Below, piece by piece: positions 48,548 to 58,038 of a DNA stretch of 64,000 bases. This DNA is from Ruminococcus sp. GTDB taxonomy: Bacteria > Bacillota > Clostridia > Oscillospirales > Acutalibacteraceae. Numbering within the stretch: the first letter of the stretch is position 1; every line of letters begins with the position of its first letter. A program made the position numbers and the translations under genes. Under the pieces are notes generated by a model. The model worked only from the letters and a program-made list of their open reading frames with translations, was not told where the DNA came from and did not search any database. The stretch spans positions 6,303 through 70,302 of the forward strand of contig JAZQAF010000016.1 in NCBI GenBank assembly GCA_045545015.1. The letters run 5' to 3'.

Positions 48548-50382
48548 TGAACAACGAATTCGAAAATTTACAGAATATTCCGCCTGAGGATGTGGAGGAT
48601 AATTCCACCGAAGTTTTCTCAGAGTCGGAGTTTGCACCCGAAACACAACCAAAAGCTCATGAGGTAACATCGCCTGAGAGCGAGAGTGATGTACCCGAGA
48701 ACTCTTTTCATGAGGAAACAAAGGATTTTGAAGAGACACCTGCCGTAATTTCCGCACCTGAAAAAGTCGCCGCACCTGAAGAAGTCTCCGCACCTGAAGA
48801 GGTCCGCACTCCCGAGGAAAGCTTCGCTCCCTCTGAATCTCCTGCACCTGCTGCTTTCACCTTTGAAGAAGAAAAGGCTCACGCAAATCAGGAATATGTG
48901 CCCCGAGAGATTCCCTCTGGAAATTCAGCGGTAGGCTATAATGCTCCCACACCTCCCACAAATCCCGTACCGCCTTACACTCATAATTATCCTCAGGGTG
49001 TATATAACTATCAGAGACCCGTATATCCCCCTCAGAATCAGACCCCACCCTATGCACCCTATGGCACTCCCAATACTCCCCCCTATCAGATGCCTCCTGC
49101 CTTTTACCCTGCACCACCTGTGCAGAAGCATTCAAAAGGATCAAAGGCTCTCGTAATTATACTGTGGATTCTGGTTGCACTCTTTGCTATAGGCTTCTTC
49201 GTAATGTGCGGATACGTGATATCAAATTACCCCGAAGCACCAAAAAAGGAAACAACTGCACCCACACTTTTCAAGGAAGATACTGATAAAGACACACCCT
49301 CCACAGCACCCAAGGAGGAAGAGACAGAGCCTCAGAGTGACATTGTTGAGGGAGGAGTGATCCCCAATGATGATAAGACTGACTACTCCTCTGACAGCTC
49401 AATAATTCTTGTGAATCCTCCCAGAGACAAAGATGACAACGCAAAATACACCACTCAGTACGCATATAATCAGATTTCAGATTCCGCTGTGGGCATTGTA
49501 TGCTACACAGGCAAGGTAACCGATGATAGTGAGCCTGCATCTCAGGGCACGGGCATTGTCATTACCAAGGATGGCTACATTGCCACAAACAGCCATGTTA
49601 TCGGTGACAGCAGAAATCTCTACAAGGTCAGGGTTGTCCTCAATGACGGCACTACCTATGAGGCAAAGATCATAGGCTATGACACCAGAACAGACCTTGC
49701 TGTTCTCAAAGTAAGTGCCACAGATCTGGAGCCTGCCGTTTTCTGCGATTCCGACAAAACCGAGATCGGTGATGATGTTATTGCCATCGGAAATCCCGGC
49801 GGTATGGACTTCCAGAATTCCCTCACAAAGGGTATTATTTCCGCTAAGGACAGAGAGCTTTCCCTCTCAGCTCAGGTTTCCTACATTCAGACCGATGCCG
49901 CTATCAATCCCGGAAATTCAGGCGGACCTCTCTGCAATATGTACGGTCAGGTTATCGGAATCAACACCGCAAAGATCTCCGATTCCTCCTACGAGGGAAT
50001 GGGCTTTGCAATCCCCAGCCAGACTGCAAAGAAGGTAATTGACGATCTGATCCATCAGGGCTATGTAGGCGGCAGAGTACGCATCGGAATCTCAGGACAG
50101 GCTGTGACCGAGGCAATGAAGCAGTACTACGCACTTCCTGCAGGAATCCTCATCGGAGAAATAACCGAGGATGGTCCCTGCGACGGTTCAGGACTTAAGA
50201 CAAACGACGTTATGACCGCCATTGACGGAGAGAAGGTAGAAACCTTCAAGGATGTCTATGCAATACTCGAAAAGCACTCAGCAGGCGATAAGGTCACCTT
50301 ATCAATATATCGTTCAGATACGGACGAGGAGCTTGAAATCGAGATAACACTTCAGGCTGACGAGGGTCAGACACAGCAGTAA
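48547..50382 (+). CDS. htrA: HtrA/DegP-family protease with long low-complexity N-terminus, TM helix and PDZ domain
   Basis: TNSHV, DLAV, DAAINPGNSGGPL. Confidence 0.9.
   Translation: MNNEFENLQNIPPEDVEDNSTEVFSESEFAPETQPKAHEVTSPESESDVPENSFHEETKDFEETPAVISAPEKVAAPEEVSAPEEVRTPEESFAPSESPAPAAFTFEEEKAHANQEYVPREIPSGNSAVGYNAPTPPTNPVPPYTHNYPQGVYNYQRPVYPPQNQTPPYAPYGTPNTPPYQMPPAFYPAPPVQKHSKGSKALVIILWILVALFAIGFFVMCGYVISNYPEAPKKETTAPTLFKEDTDKDTPSTAPKEEETEPQSDIVEGGVIPNDDKTDYSSDSSIILVNPPRDKDDNAKYTTQYAYNQISDSAVGIVCYTGKVTDDSEPASQGTGIVITKDGYIATNSHVIGDSRNLYKVRVVLNDGTTYEAKIIGYDTRTDLAVLKVSATDLEPAVFCDSDKTEIGDDVIAIGNPGGMDFQNSLTKGIISAKDRELSLSAQVSYIQTDAAINPGNSGGPLCNMYGQVIGINTAKISDSSYEGMGFAIPSQTAKKVIDDLIHQGYVGGRVRIGISGQAVTEAMKQYYALPAGILIGEITEDGPCDGSGLKTNDVMTAIDGEKVETFKDVYAILEKHSAGDKVTLSIYRSDTDEELEIEITLQADEGQTQQ
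48751..48822 (+). repeat. In-frame 18-bp tandem repeat (xAPEEV), about 4 copies
   Basis: tccgcacctgaaaaagtc/gccgcacctgaagaagtc/tccgcacctgaagaggtc/cgcactcccgaggaaagc. Confidence 0.8.
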
Positions 50383-50392
50383 AATAAAAAAC

Positions 50393-50425
50393 ATGCCACG
50401 CACCGGATATAGTCGGGCGTGGCAT
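50393..50425. terminator. Bidirectional terminator between htrA and the mecA-like gene
   Basis: ATGCCACGC/GCGTGGCAT stem flanked by A and T tracts. Confidence 0.8.
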
Positions 50426-50428
50426 ATT

Positions 50429-51004
50429 TTATTTGCAAACAATTCTTCCTACTGTATTCATTGCATCCCCTTCGCAGAGCGCCTTTCCTGCTTCCTTAAG
50501 GGTTGCAACCTTTCTATCATTTGCCAAAAAGACCTTTCCGAACTCCCCAAGCAAGCCCTTTGCTTTCTTGGAGATAAAGGGGTAGTCAAAAAGCAAATAA
50601 TACCTATTCTCAAAAAGCCAGAGCGAATTATTATGAAGGGGCATCTCTTGTCTGTAAACCATCTCGGCACAGCTGAGAAGCTCTGTTGCCGTACAAAACC
50701 TTACGCAAGGTCTTCCTTTGGGTTTTACCGCTCTGTAGGTTTTTCTTCTGTCTCCTTTGTCAATGAGGTTTATCAGAAGAACACAGCCCGAATCAAAGGG
50801 TACTGCTTCAACCAGCACACAGCTCTCATCCACAGGAATTCCCGTTTTGCTCGAAGCAAGGTGCAGAAGCCGCCAGAGTACTTTCCGTGAGTGGTCATCC
50901 CACAGGCTCATAGTATCGAATCTTAGGGAAAAGTCCTTCATATCCTGAGAACATAGGGATATGAGAAGCTTTGTTTTACCGAGCTGTTCAATGGTCATAA
51001 TCAC
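50429..51004 (-). CDS. MecA-family adaptor protein
   Basis: MTIEQLGKTKLLISL..VLVEAVPFDSGCVLLI; length and layout typical of MecA. Confidence 0.6.
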   Translation of the reverse strand: MIMTIEQLGKTKLLISLCSQDMKDFSLRFDTMSLWDDHSRKVLWRLLHLASSKTGIPVDESCVLVEAVPFDSGCVLLINLIDKGDRRKTYRAVKPKGRPCVRFCTATELLSCAEMVYRQEMPLHNNSLWLFENRYYLLFDYPFISKKAKGLLGEFGKVFLANDRKVATLKEAGKALCEGDAMNTVGRIVCK

Positions 51005-51189
51005 ATCCTCCTTGGAGCTTCGGGTCTTTATATCATACTATTCCGAAGAGGGTGTTTTTGCAAGTGATTATTTATGGATGGAATGTTTTAACTTTTCCAA
51101 AATATACAGTAACTTTATATTGAAAAAAACTTCAATAAATGATACACTAAACTTAAATAACAAATCCATCTTTCAAGGAGGAATAATAT

Positions 51190-52737
51190 ATGCCTAATTG
51201 GCTTAAAGATGCTGTTTTTTATGAAATCTACCCCCAGAGCTACTACGATACCAACGCAGACGGTATCGGCGATCTGCAGGGAATCATTGAAAAGCTTCCT
51301 TATGTAAAATCCCTTGGCTGTAATGCTCTCTGGATCAACCCCATCTATGACTCTCCCTTTATGGATGCAGGCTATGATGTAAGAAACCACAAGCAGGTAG
51401 CAGAGAGATACGGTACCAACGAGGATGCAAAGCGTCTCTTTGATGCAGCTCACGAGCTTGGCATCAAGGTGCTTCTTGACCTTGTTCCCGGTCACACCTC
51501 AGATACGCACCCCTGGTTTCAGGAAGGCAAAAAGGCTAAAGAAAACGAATTTACAAACCGATATATTTTCACAAACTGTGTATGGGAAGCTCCCACAGAA
51601 TACCGCCTTATGTGCGGCATCTGTCCCCGTGACGGAAACTACCTTGTAAACTACTTTTCCTCACAGCCTGCTCTCAACTACGGCTTCCATGAGGTAACTC
51701 ATCCCCAATGGCAGCTGCCCGCAGATCATCCCGACTGTATTGCTACAGCAGAGGCTCTCAAGGATATTATGAGATTCTGGCTTGATATGGGTGCCGACGG
51801 CTTCCGTGTTGACATGGCTGACTCTCTCGTTAAAAACGATGACGAAAAGATCTCCACAGCAAAGATCTGGAGAGGCGTTCGTGAGATGCTGGATAAAGAT
51901 TATCCCGAGGCTGCCATCGTTTCCGAGTGGTGCCATCCCGAGCGTTCACTTAAGAATGCAGGCTTCCACATGGACTTCTACCTTGACCACCACGGCAACG
52001 GCTACTCAAGACTTTTCCGTTACCTTGAGGACGGTGAGAACAAGAGCTTCTTCTCCAAAAACGGCAAGGGCGACATTACCGCTTTTCTTGACGAATATCT
52101 TCCCAACTACGAGCTTACAAAGGATCTTGGCTACATCTCCTTTATGACCAACAACCATGATATGCCCAGAGCTCCCTTCTATATGGACAATGACACTATC
52201 AAGCTTTCCCATGTGATGATGTTCACAATGCCCGGTGTACCCTTCGTATTCTATGGTGATGAGATCGGTATGCGCTATCAGGACGAGCTCAAGAGCAAAG
52301 AGGGCGGCTACTCCCGCACAGGCTCCAGAACTCCCATGCAGTGGGATTCTACTGAGAACAAAGGCTTCTCAAAGGCTAACAAAGAGGATATCTATCTCCC
52401 CGTTGATATGAGAGAGGGAGCACCTACTGTTGAAAGTCAGAAGGCTGACCCCAACTCCATCTACAAGGTTATCACAGATGTTATCGCTCTCAGACATAAG
52501 CTTCCTCAGCTCGGAAATGAGTCAGGCTTTGAGGTTGTTTATGCAGAGAAGGACAAGTATCCTTTTGCATATCGCAGAGGCGACTATGTTGTAATGCTCA
52601 ACCCCTCCTCAGAAAAGGTAGCAATTCCCTTTGACGAGAAGGTGCTTGAGAAGGTCTATATCATCGGTGAGGTTTCCTTCAGATGCAAGAAGGCAACCCT
52701 CGCTCCCTCCTCCTGCTGTATCATCCGTACAAAGTAA
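51190..52737 (+). CDS. Cytoplasmic GH13 alpha-glucosidase/amylase
   Basis: WLKDAVFYEIYPQSY, DLVPGHTS, GFRVDMA, SEW, NNHD; no signal peptide. Confidence 0.92.
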   Translation: MPNWLKDAVFYEIYPQSYYDTNADGIGDLQGIIEKLPYVKSLGCNALWINPIYDSPFMDAGYDVRNHKQVAERYGTNEDAKRLFDAAHELGIKVLLDLVPGHTSDTHPWFQEGKKAKENEFTNRYIFTNCVWEAPTEYRLMCGICPRDGNYLVNYFSSQPALNYGFHEVTHPQWQLPADHPDCIATAEALKDIMRFWLDMGADGFRVDMADSLVKNDDEKISTAKIWRGVREMLDKDYPEAAIVSEWCHPERSLKNAGFHMDFYLDHHGNGYSRLFRYLEDGENKSFFSKNGKGDITAFLDEYLPNYELTKDLGYISFMTNNHDMPRAPFYMDNDTIKLSHVMMFTMPGVPFVFYGDEIGMRYQDELKSKEGGYSRTGSRTPMQWDSTENKGFSKANKEDIYLPVDMREGAPTVESQKADPNSIYKVITDVIALRHKLPQLGNESGFEVVYAEKDKYPFAYRRGDYVVMLNPSSEKVAIPFDEKVLEKVYIIGEVSFRCKKATLAPSSCCIIRTK

Positions 52738-52750
52738 AATACACAAACAT

Positions 52751-52781
52751 ACCGCCGACAGAAAACTGTCGGCGGTTTTTT
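52751..52781. terminator. Terminator between the GH13 gene and spoIIE
   Basis: ACCGCCGACAG/CTGTCGGCGGT stem followed by a T tract. Confidence 0.85.
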
Positions 52782-52789
52782 ATACTCAT

Positions 52790-55111
52790 TCAATTCTTTA
52801 GTAGCTTGATAGCAACAGCTGTTATATCATCATCGTGACCATCTTTTCTTCGGTTTACAGCTTCATTCACCGCTATGGCGGCTACATCCCGAGCAGATGC
52901 GTCCTTCCAGTTTATGAGCAGCTCTTCTATCCATTTATCATCTCCTGTCAGCATTCCGTCTGAAATCATAAGTATTGCATCTCCTTCTCTGAGGGTCAGC
53001 TCATCCTTTGAAAATCTCGCTTCAGGTAAAATTCCCACGGGCAAGGAAGGGGCTTCCCTTCGAAGTATTCTTCCTCCTCTCTTTATAAATGTAAGGGGAG
53101 CGCCCGCCTTGAAAAGGCTCACCTTTCCTGTGAAGAGATTCACCTCAAGAGCATCAAGGGTAGCCGTTGACTCGTCTGAGGACTTGACCATCAGAGAGGA
53201 ATTCACCACAGATAAGGCACAGTCCTGAGAAATCCCAGCTTTGAGAAGCCTCTTCATTATGTTCACAGACATTGTGGCATCTACTGCCGCAGCACCACCT
53301 GTACCCATACCATCGCTGATAAGGGTCACAACCGTGCCGTCGCCCTTTAGGAAATAATCAAAAGAGTCTCCGCAGAGGTCTCCACCCCCTGATATGTGCT
53401 GGCTGGAGCCTATATCCACATCATACACGGACAGTTCGGACATAACTACCCTGTATCTGTCTTCTTCGAGGCTCTCAGAAGGTCGCTCAAACCTTCTGCC
53501 GCACACATAGGAAACTGTGCGATGAATTTCCTTAAGGTCGATTTCTCTTCTGCTGCTTTTGTGCATTATGAGTTCCACTATCATTCTGCCGCTTTTCTTC
53601 AGCCTGCAGCAGCAGTTGATGGCAACATAGCCTGATGCTCTCAGCTCCTCTACTATCAGCTGTGCTGACTTTTCATCAAACTCCTCGCTGTCTCCAAATT
53701 CTTCGGAAAGATCAAAGAGAAGCTTTTCTATCCCGAGAAACTCTCCTGCCACAACGCTTCTCAGCTGGGTGATACGCTTTTTTGCAGATATGTTATAAAG
53801 ATATTCACGATAGCTTTCGCAAATGCTCGTGGCAAGCTCTTTGGGTTTACAGCATTTTTTGGAGAACTTGTCCTCTATATCCTTCTCTGTCACATAGCCT
53901 GAGGCATAGAGTTCTTTCCTGAGGCGTCTCAAATCATCCTTTGTCACCTCCTTCTGCTTTTCCCAGCAATACACTCTCAACCCGCAGTTTTTGCAAGTTT
54001 TTTCCGCGGCATTCTTAAACACCGCAAACTCTGACTTATCATCAGTTTTACTCAGCTTCTTCGATACCTCATTCACGCAGGAGGTAACTCCTCCCAGAGC
54101 CTTTGAAGCATGCTGAAGCCTTGCCACTACATTGGCACGAAGAGACGCCTCTCTGTCGGTTCTCACAGCAGGAAGAAAGGCTGTTCTGAGAAAATTTCCA
54201 AATTCACTTGGGATAAGCATAAATACACCCGTTGCAAGAAGTGCCTCGGCAAAGAGTATAAGTATAAGCTTATTGTCACCACTTGAAAATGACATTACCA
54301 CGCTGCAGAGGGTAAAACCCACTCCTGCAGGGAGCTTTCCGAAAGCCGAAAGCACTCCTGCGGCAAGCCCACCAAGGGCGTAGCTGCCACCTAAGAAAGC
54401 CATAGAGGGTGAGGCGGTGGAAAACACCACACCTGTGGCAATAGCCACAACAGAGGAGAGGCTCACACCTGCGTATGCGGCACACATAAGTATCAGAAGC
54501 ACCGCAAGAAACCTTCCCAGAGATATTCCGAATAACGACACAGGCACCAACGACATCATTACTATGGTTGCAGAAACACCAAGGCAGGAAAGCTCGGGTT
54601 TTGAAAAGCCCCACAGTCCTTTAAGAGAGCCTACAAGGCTTACAGTCCTGCCTAAAAAATATCCGCCCACAGCGCTAAGCAAAGCCTCCACAAAGCCTCT
54701 GCCAAGAATCGAGGCAGCCTCCTCACTCACAAAGGAAAGTACCACCCCCGTAATAAATAGGGGCGTAAAGGAGATTATAACAGGAAACAGCCTGCTGTGA
54801 GATATTGCTTTGACATCAGAAAAAAGCCATCTGAGTGCGCTTGCAGCAATAATGCAAGCTATATATCTGAAAGAATCCTCAGGAGAAAGCAGTATATGCC
54901 CCAAAGACGCACCGCCTACTGCTCCTCCGATATATCTCAGGGGCACTGCCGCCACCAGAGAAACCCCGAAAGGTGCAAGGCTTCCGAACACCGCTCCTTT
55001 TGAGATTAAAAGTCCAAGCAGGAAATACACCACATGAATAACGATTTCTTTAACAAGTGACGAAAGTGATGTGTCGTTTTTTTCTCTTCTTTTTGCTAAT
55101 GTTGCGTCCAT
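52790..55111 (-). CDS. spoIIE: Stage II sporulation protein E (PP2C phosphatase)
   Basis: About 10 TM helices, C..CGLRVYCW, ISDGMGTG, SDGM, DDITA. Confidence 0.92.
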   Translation of the reverse strand: MDATLAKRREKNDTSLSSLVKEIVIHVVYFLLGLLISKGAVFGSLAPFGVSLVAAVPLRYIGGAVGGASLGHILLSPEDSFRYIACIIAASALRWLFSDVKAISHSRLFPVIISFTPLFITGVVLSFVSEEAASILGRGFVEALLSAVGGYFLGRTVSLVGSLKGLWGFSKPELSCLGVSATIVMMSLVPVSLFGISLGRFLAVLLILMCAAYAGVSLSSVVAIATGVVFSTASPSMAFLGGSYALGGLAAGVLSAFGKLPAGVGFTLCSVVMSFSSGDNKLILILFAEALLATGVFMLIPSEFGNFLRTAFLPAVRTDREASLRANVVARLQHASKALGGVTSCVNEVSKKLSKTDDKSEFAVFKNAAEKTCKNCGLRVYCWEKQKEVTKDDLRRLRKELYASGYVTEKDIEDKFSKKCCKPKELATSICESYREYLYNISAKKRITQLRSVVAGEFLGIEKLLFDLSEEFGDSEEFDEKSAQLIVEELRASGYVAINCCCRLKKSGRMIVELIMHKSSRREIDLKEIHRTVSYVCGRRFERPSESLEEDRYRVVMSELSVYDVDIGSSQHISGGGDLCGDSFDYFLKGDGTVVTLISDGMGTGGAAAVDATMSVNIMKRLLKAGISQDCALSVVNSSLMVKSSDESTATLDALEVNLFTGKVSLFKAGAPLTFIKRGGRILRREAPSLPVGILPEARFSKDELTLREGDAILMISDGMLTGDDKWIEELLINWKDASARDVAAIAVNEAVNRRKDGHDDDITAVAIKLLKN

Positions 55112-55173
55112 AATTTTTGCCGTCCTGTTTTAAAGCTTTTGGGAGGGCTCTCCCCTCTTGTCTTTACAGCTTC

Positions 55174-55206
55174 ATTATAAGGAGAGGCTCGTCTTTCTTT
55201 TGTCGC
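55174..55206 (-). promoter_or_regulatory. Spo0A-dependent-type promoter of spoIIE
   Basis: GCGACA (0A-box-like) -21 bp- TATAAT on the minus strand. Confidence 0.55.
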
Positions 55207-55261
55207 TGTATGAATGAGGTTTTCTGAAAGCTTTTGTAAAAACACAATGGTCAAAAGAAAA

Positions 55262-55284
55262 CGGGCAGACAAGCTGTCTGCCCG
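55262..55284 (-). terminator. Terminator of the GH13 lipoprotein gene
   Basis: CGGGCAGAC/GTCTGCCCG stem with TTTTCTTTT on the minus strand. Confidence 0.8.
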
Positions 55285-55333
55285 AAGGTTATCTTTTTAT
55301 TTTTCCCCGAAAGAGAGAATAAAGAGTTACTAT

Positions 55334-56998
55334 TTAATTTTCTGTGCCGATTACAACAGAAGAACGTGCAGGTATTTTCAGAGTTGTGCCTGAAAGTGTC
55401 ACATTCTCGGTATTTTCTGCTTCCTCGCCTGTGGCAATAAGATATCCTCTGAGCTGAGGAGACGAAAGAATATCATCGGAAATCTCAAGTGTAGCTGAGT
55501 TCTCATCATCAAGATTATGAACGATAAGGAGAGCCTTGCCCTCATACTCCACCTTGTAAGCACAGACAGCCTTGTTATCGAAGGTGAAGGTCTCTGTAAT
55601 GTGACCACGAGCGATCTCGGGGTTCTGATTCTTGATTCTGATTACTCTCTTATAGAAGTTGAGAAGAGAGTTTTCATCCTCCTGCTGCTGCTTTACGCCA
55701 CCCTTATCATTAATGGCATAAGCGTCAGCTGTACACCAGATATCAGGCTCAACATCACTATCCCAAGGCATGGCACTTCTGAAATATGCATCGTTACCTG
55801 TGAAACCGCCGGGAACCTCAAGGCCCAGCTCCTCGCCATAATAGGTAAAAGTGTTGCCGGGGCAGAGCATATAAAGAGCTGCTGCCATCTTCTCCTTGGA
55901 AAGGTCGCCTGAGAAATAGTTTGCACTTCTTACCATATCATGGTTAGAAATAAACATAGCATTGATTACGTCGGGATTTGCCTGAACAGAACCTTCATCA
56001 AACTTCTTAAGCTGAGAAGAGAGTGTATTTCCATTCTCGGAATTTACAGCTGTTACCACATTTCCTGAAGCAGTTGCAAAGGAGAATGCAAACTGGCTGT
56101 CAATGCCTGAGGCATAAGTATCATAGAGATAAGAGTTACTCTGCCAGTTTTCTCCTACCATATAAACATCGGGGTTGTACTTCTGAGAAGTCTCATAGAA
56201 CCATTTGAGGAACTCTGCGCCGTCTGTTGTTTCATCGGTCATATATTTTACGGCATCAAGTCTGAAGCCACCTACGCCACGCTCAAGCCAGAACTTTGCC
56301 ACTTCCTCAAAGTATGCTCTTGTCTTTTCAGAAGCAAGATTCCACTCGGGCATCTCGCCGCTGAACTGACCCTCGTACCATAGGCCAAGATTGCTCATAG
56401 AGGTACGCCAGCCTTCGCCGGGAGAATTTGTGGTTATGGCAAATCTGTAGTAATCTGCGTATCCGTCGAGATTTCCCTCTTTTGCCTCTTCCATAGCCTT
56501 CTTGAAGAATTCGTGACCGCCACCGCAGTGATTAAGCACCAGATCAAGGATTACTGTGATGCCTCTCTTGTCACATTCTGCGATAAGTCTGTCAAAATCC
56601 TCCAGAGTACCAAACTCGGGATCAATATCCATATAGTCATCCACATCGTACTTGTGATAGGAATCAGAGGGCATTATGGGAGAAAGCCAGATTCCGTCAA
56701 TACCAAGATCTGTAGTAGTGGTGGGATCCCCGTCATTGAGATAGTCAAGCATCTCAGTGATACCGTTGAGGTCGCCTGTCTCGTCACCGTTGGTATCATT
56801 GAAGGAGCAGACCCAGATGTGGTAGAAGTTTCTGTACTTATCCTGTGAGGGCTTGACCTCAAGGGTTTCTATGGGATCCTGTGTTACTGTCTCTGCACTG
56901 TTATCAGTTCCCTCTGCGGCGTCTTTTTTACATCCTGCCAAAGTGAGCGCTGAAAATGCCAGAACAAAGATCATTATAAGCGAAAGGATTTTTTTCAT
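55334..56998 (-). CDS. Lipoprotein GH13 alpha-amylase
   Basis: Lipobox LAGC, DLVLNH, GFRLDAVK, VGENW, SNHD. Confidence 0.9.
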   Translation of the reverse strand: MKKILSLIMIFVLAFSALTLAGCKKDAAEGTDNSAETVTQDPIETLEVKPSQDKYRNFYHIWVCSFNDTNGDETGDLNGITEMLDYLNDGDPTTTTDLGIDGIWLSPIMPSDSYHKYDVDDYMDIDPEFGTLEDFDRLIAECDKRGITVILDLVLNHCGGGHEFFKKAMEEAKEGNLDGYADYYRFAITTNSPGEGWRTSMSNLGLWYEGQFSGEMPEWNLASEKTRAYFEEVAKFWLERGVGGFRLDAVKYMTDETTDGAEFLKWFYETSQKYNPDVYMVGENWQSNSYLYDTYASGIDSQFAFSFATASGNVVTAVNSENGNTLSSQLKKFDEGSVQANPDVINAMFISNHDMVRSANYFSGDLSKEKMAAALYMLCPGNTFTYYGEELGLEVPGGFTGNDAYFRSAMPWDSDVEPDIWCTADAYAINDKGGVKQQQEDENSLLNFYKRVIRIKNQNPEIARGHITETFTFDNKAVCAYKVEYEGKALLIVHNLDDENSATLEISDDILSSPQLRGYLIATGEEAENTENVTLSGTTLKIPARSSVVIGTEN

Positions 56999-57109
56999 TA
57001 TTCCTCACTCCTTGATTTTTCTTTATATTATGGGCAATACCCTTGTTTTCAACTTTAAAAGGAAGCACCGTATTATGTGCTTAAGAAGTTATGTGATTTC
57101 TTTCAAAAA

Positions 57110-57136
57110 GGGGCGGCCGCCCTTGGCAGTCGCCCC
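57110..57136 (-). terminator. Terminator after the malG-like gene
   Basis: GGGGCGGCCGC/GCAGTCGCCCC stem, T tract on the minus strand. Confidence 0.7.
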
Positions 57137-57162
57137 TCTGAAGTTTTAGAAAGTATTGGGAA

Positions 57163-58038
57163 TTAACCCTTAACGCCGCCGGCTGTAACGCCTTCAACGT
57201 AGTACTTCTGCATGTACAGGAACAGTGCTGTAATGGGAATAGCAATAAGAACTGCACCGGAGAGGAACCATCTGAAGGTACCCTCTGCGATACGCTCTCT
57301 TTCTGTCCAGTACATAAGACCTCTGGAAACAGTCCAGAGAGACTGGTCGTTACCCATCAGGATGTTTACAAGAATAAAGTCACACCAAGGACTGATAAAT
57401 GATGTAAGAATAGTGTAAACTACGATAGGCTTGGACATGGGAAGAATGATCTTCCAGAAGATCTGGTTCTTGTTAGCACCGTCAATGGTAGCAGCCTCGT
57501 CAAGTGCTCTGGGAATCGTATCAAAGAAGCCCTTAGCAACAAGGTAACCAAGACCTGAACCGCCGCTGTAGCACAGAATAAGACCGAGAAGAGTTCTCTC
57601 CAGACCGATAACGTCAAGGATGTGATACATAGCGATAGTTGTCATAAAGCCGGGGAACATACCCATAATCATACCAACATTAATGAAGGGCTTACGAGCC
57701 TTAAATCTCAGACGGCTGAAGGTATAAGCAACCATCAGAACAGAGAGAGTTGAGATGATACAGCAAATAACAGCTACAATGAAGGTGTTCTTAAACCATA
57801 CGAGATATTTTGTATCTCGGAAAAGAGAAATATAGTTGTCGATACCAAGCTCATTGAACTTGGGGAAAATACCCTGATAGTTAACTACGGGAGCAATGTC
57901 AGGATTCAGAGGGTTGATTCGGAAAGAATGAAGAATCAGCCATACGAGAGGGAATATCCATATAAGAGACATTACAGTAAGCAGTATATATATCAGCGTA
58001 TTTGCAATACCTCTTCTGAGTTTATAGCTTTTTATCAT
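57163..58038 (-). CDS. Maltodextrin ABC permease, MalG-like
   Basis: AYTFSRLRFK, EAATIDGA, YYVEGVTAGGVKG. Confidence 0.9.
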   Translation of the reverse strand: MIKSYKLRRGIANTLIYILLTVMSLIWIFPLVWLILHSFRINPLNPDIAPVVNYQGIFPKFNELGIDNYISLFRDTKYLVWFKNTFIVAVICCIISTLSVLMVAYTFSRLRFKARKPFINVGMIMGMFPGFMTTIAMYHILDVIGLERTLLGLILCYSGGSGLGYLVAKGFFDTIPRALDEAATIDGANKNQIFWKIILPMSKPIVVYTILTSFISPWCDFILVNILMGNDQSLWTVSRGLMYWTERERIAEGTFRWFLSGAVLIAIPITALFLYMQKYYVEGVTAGGVKG

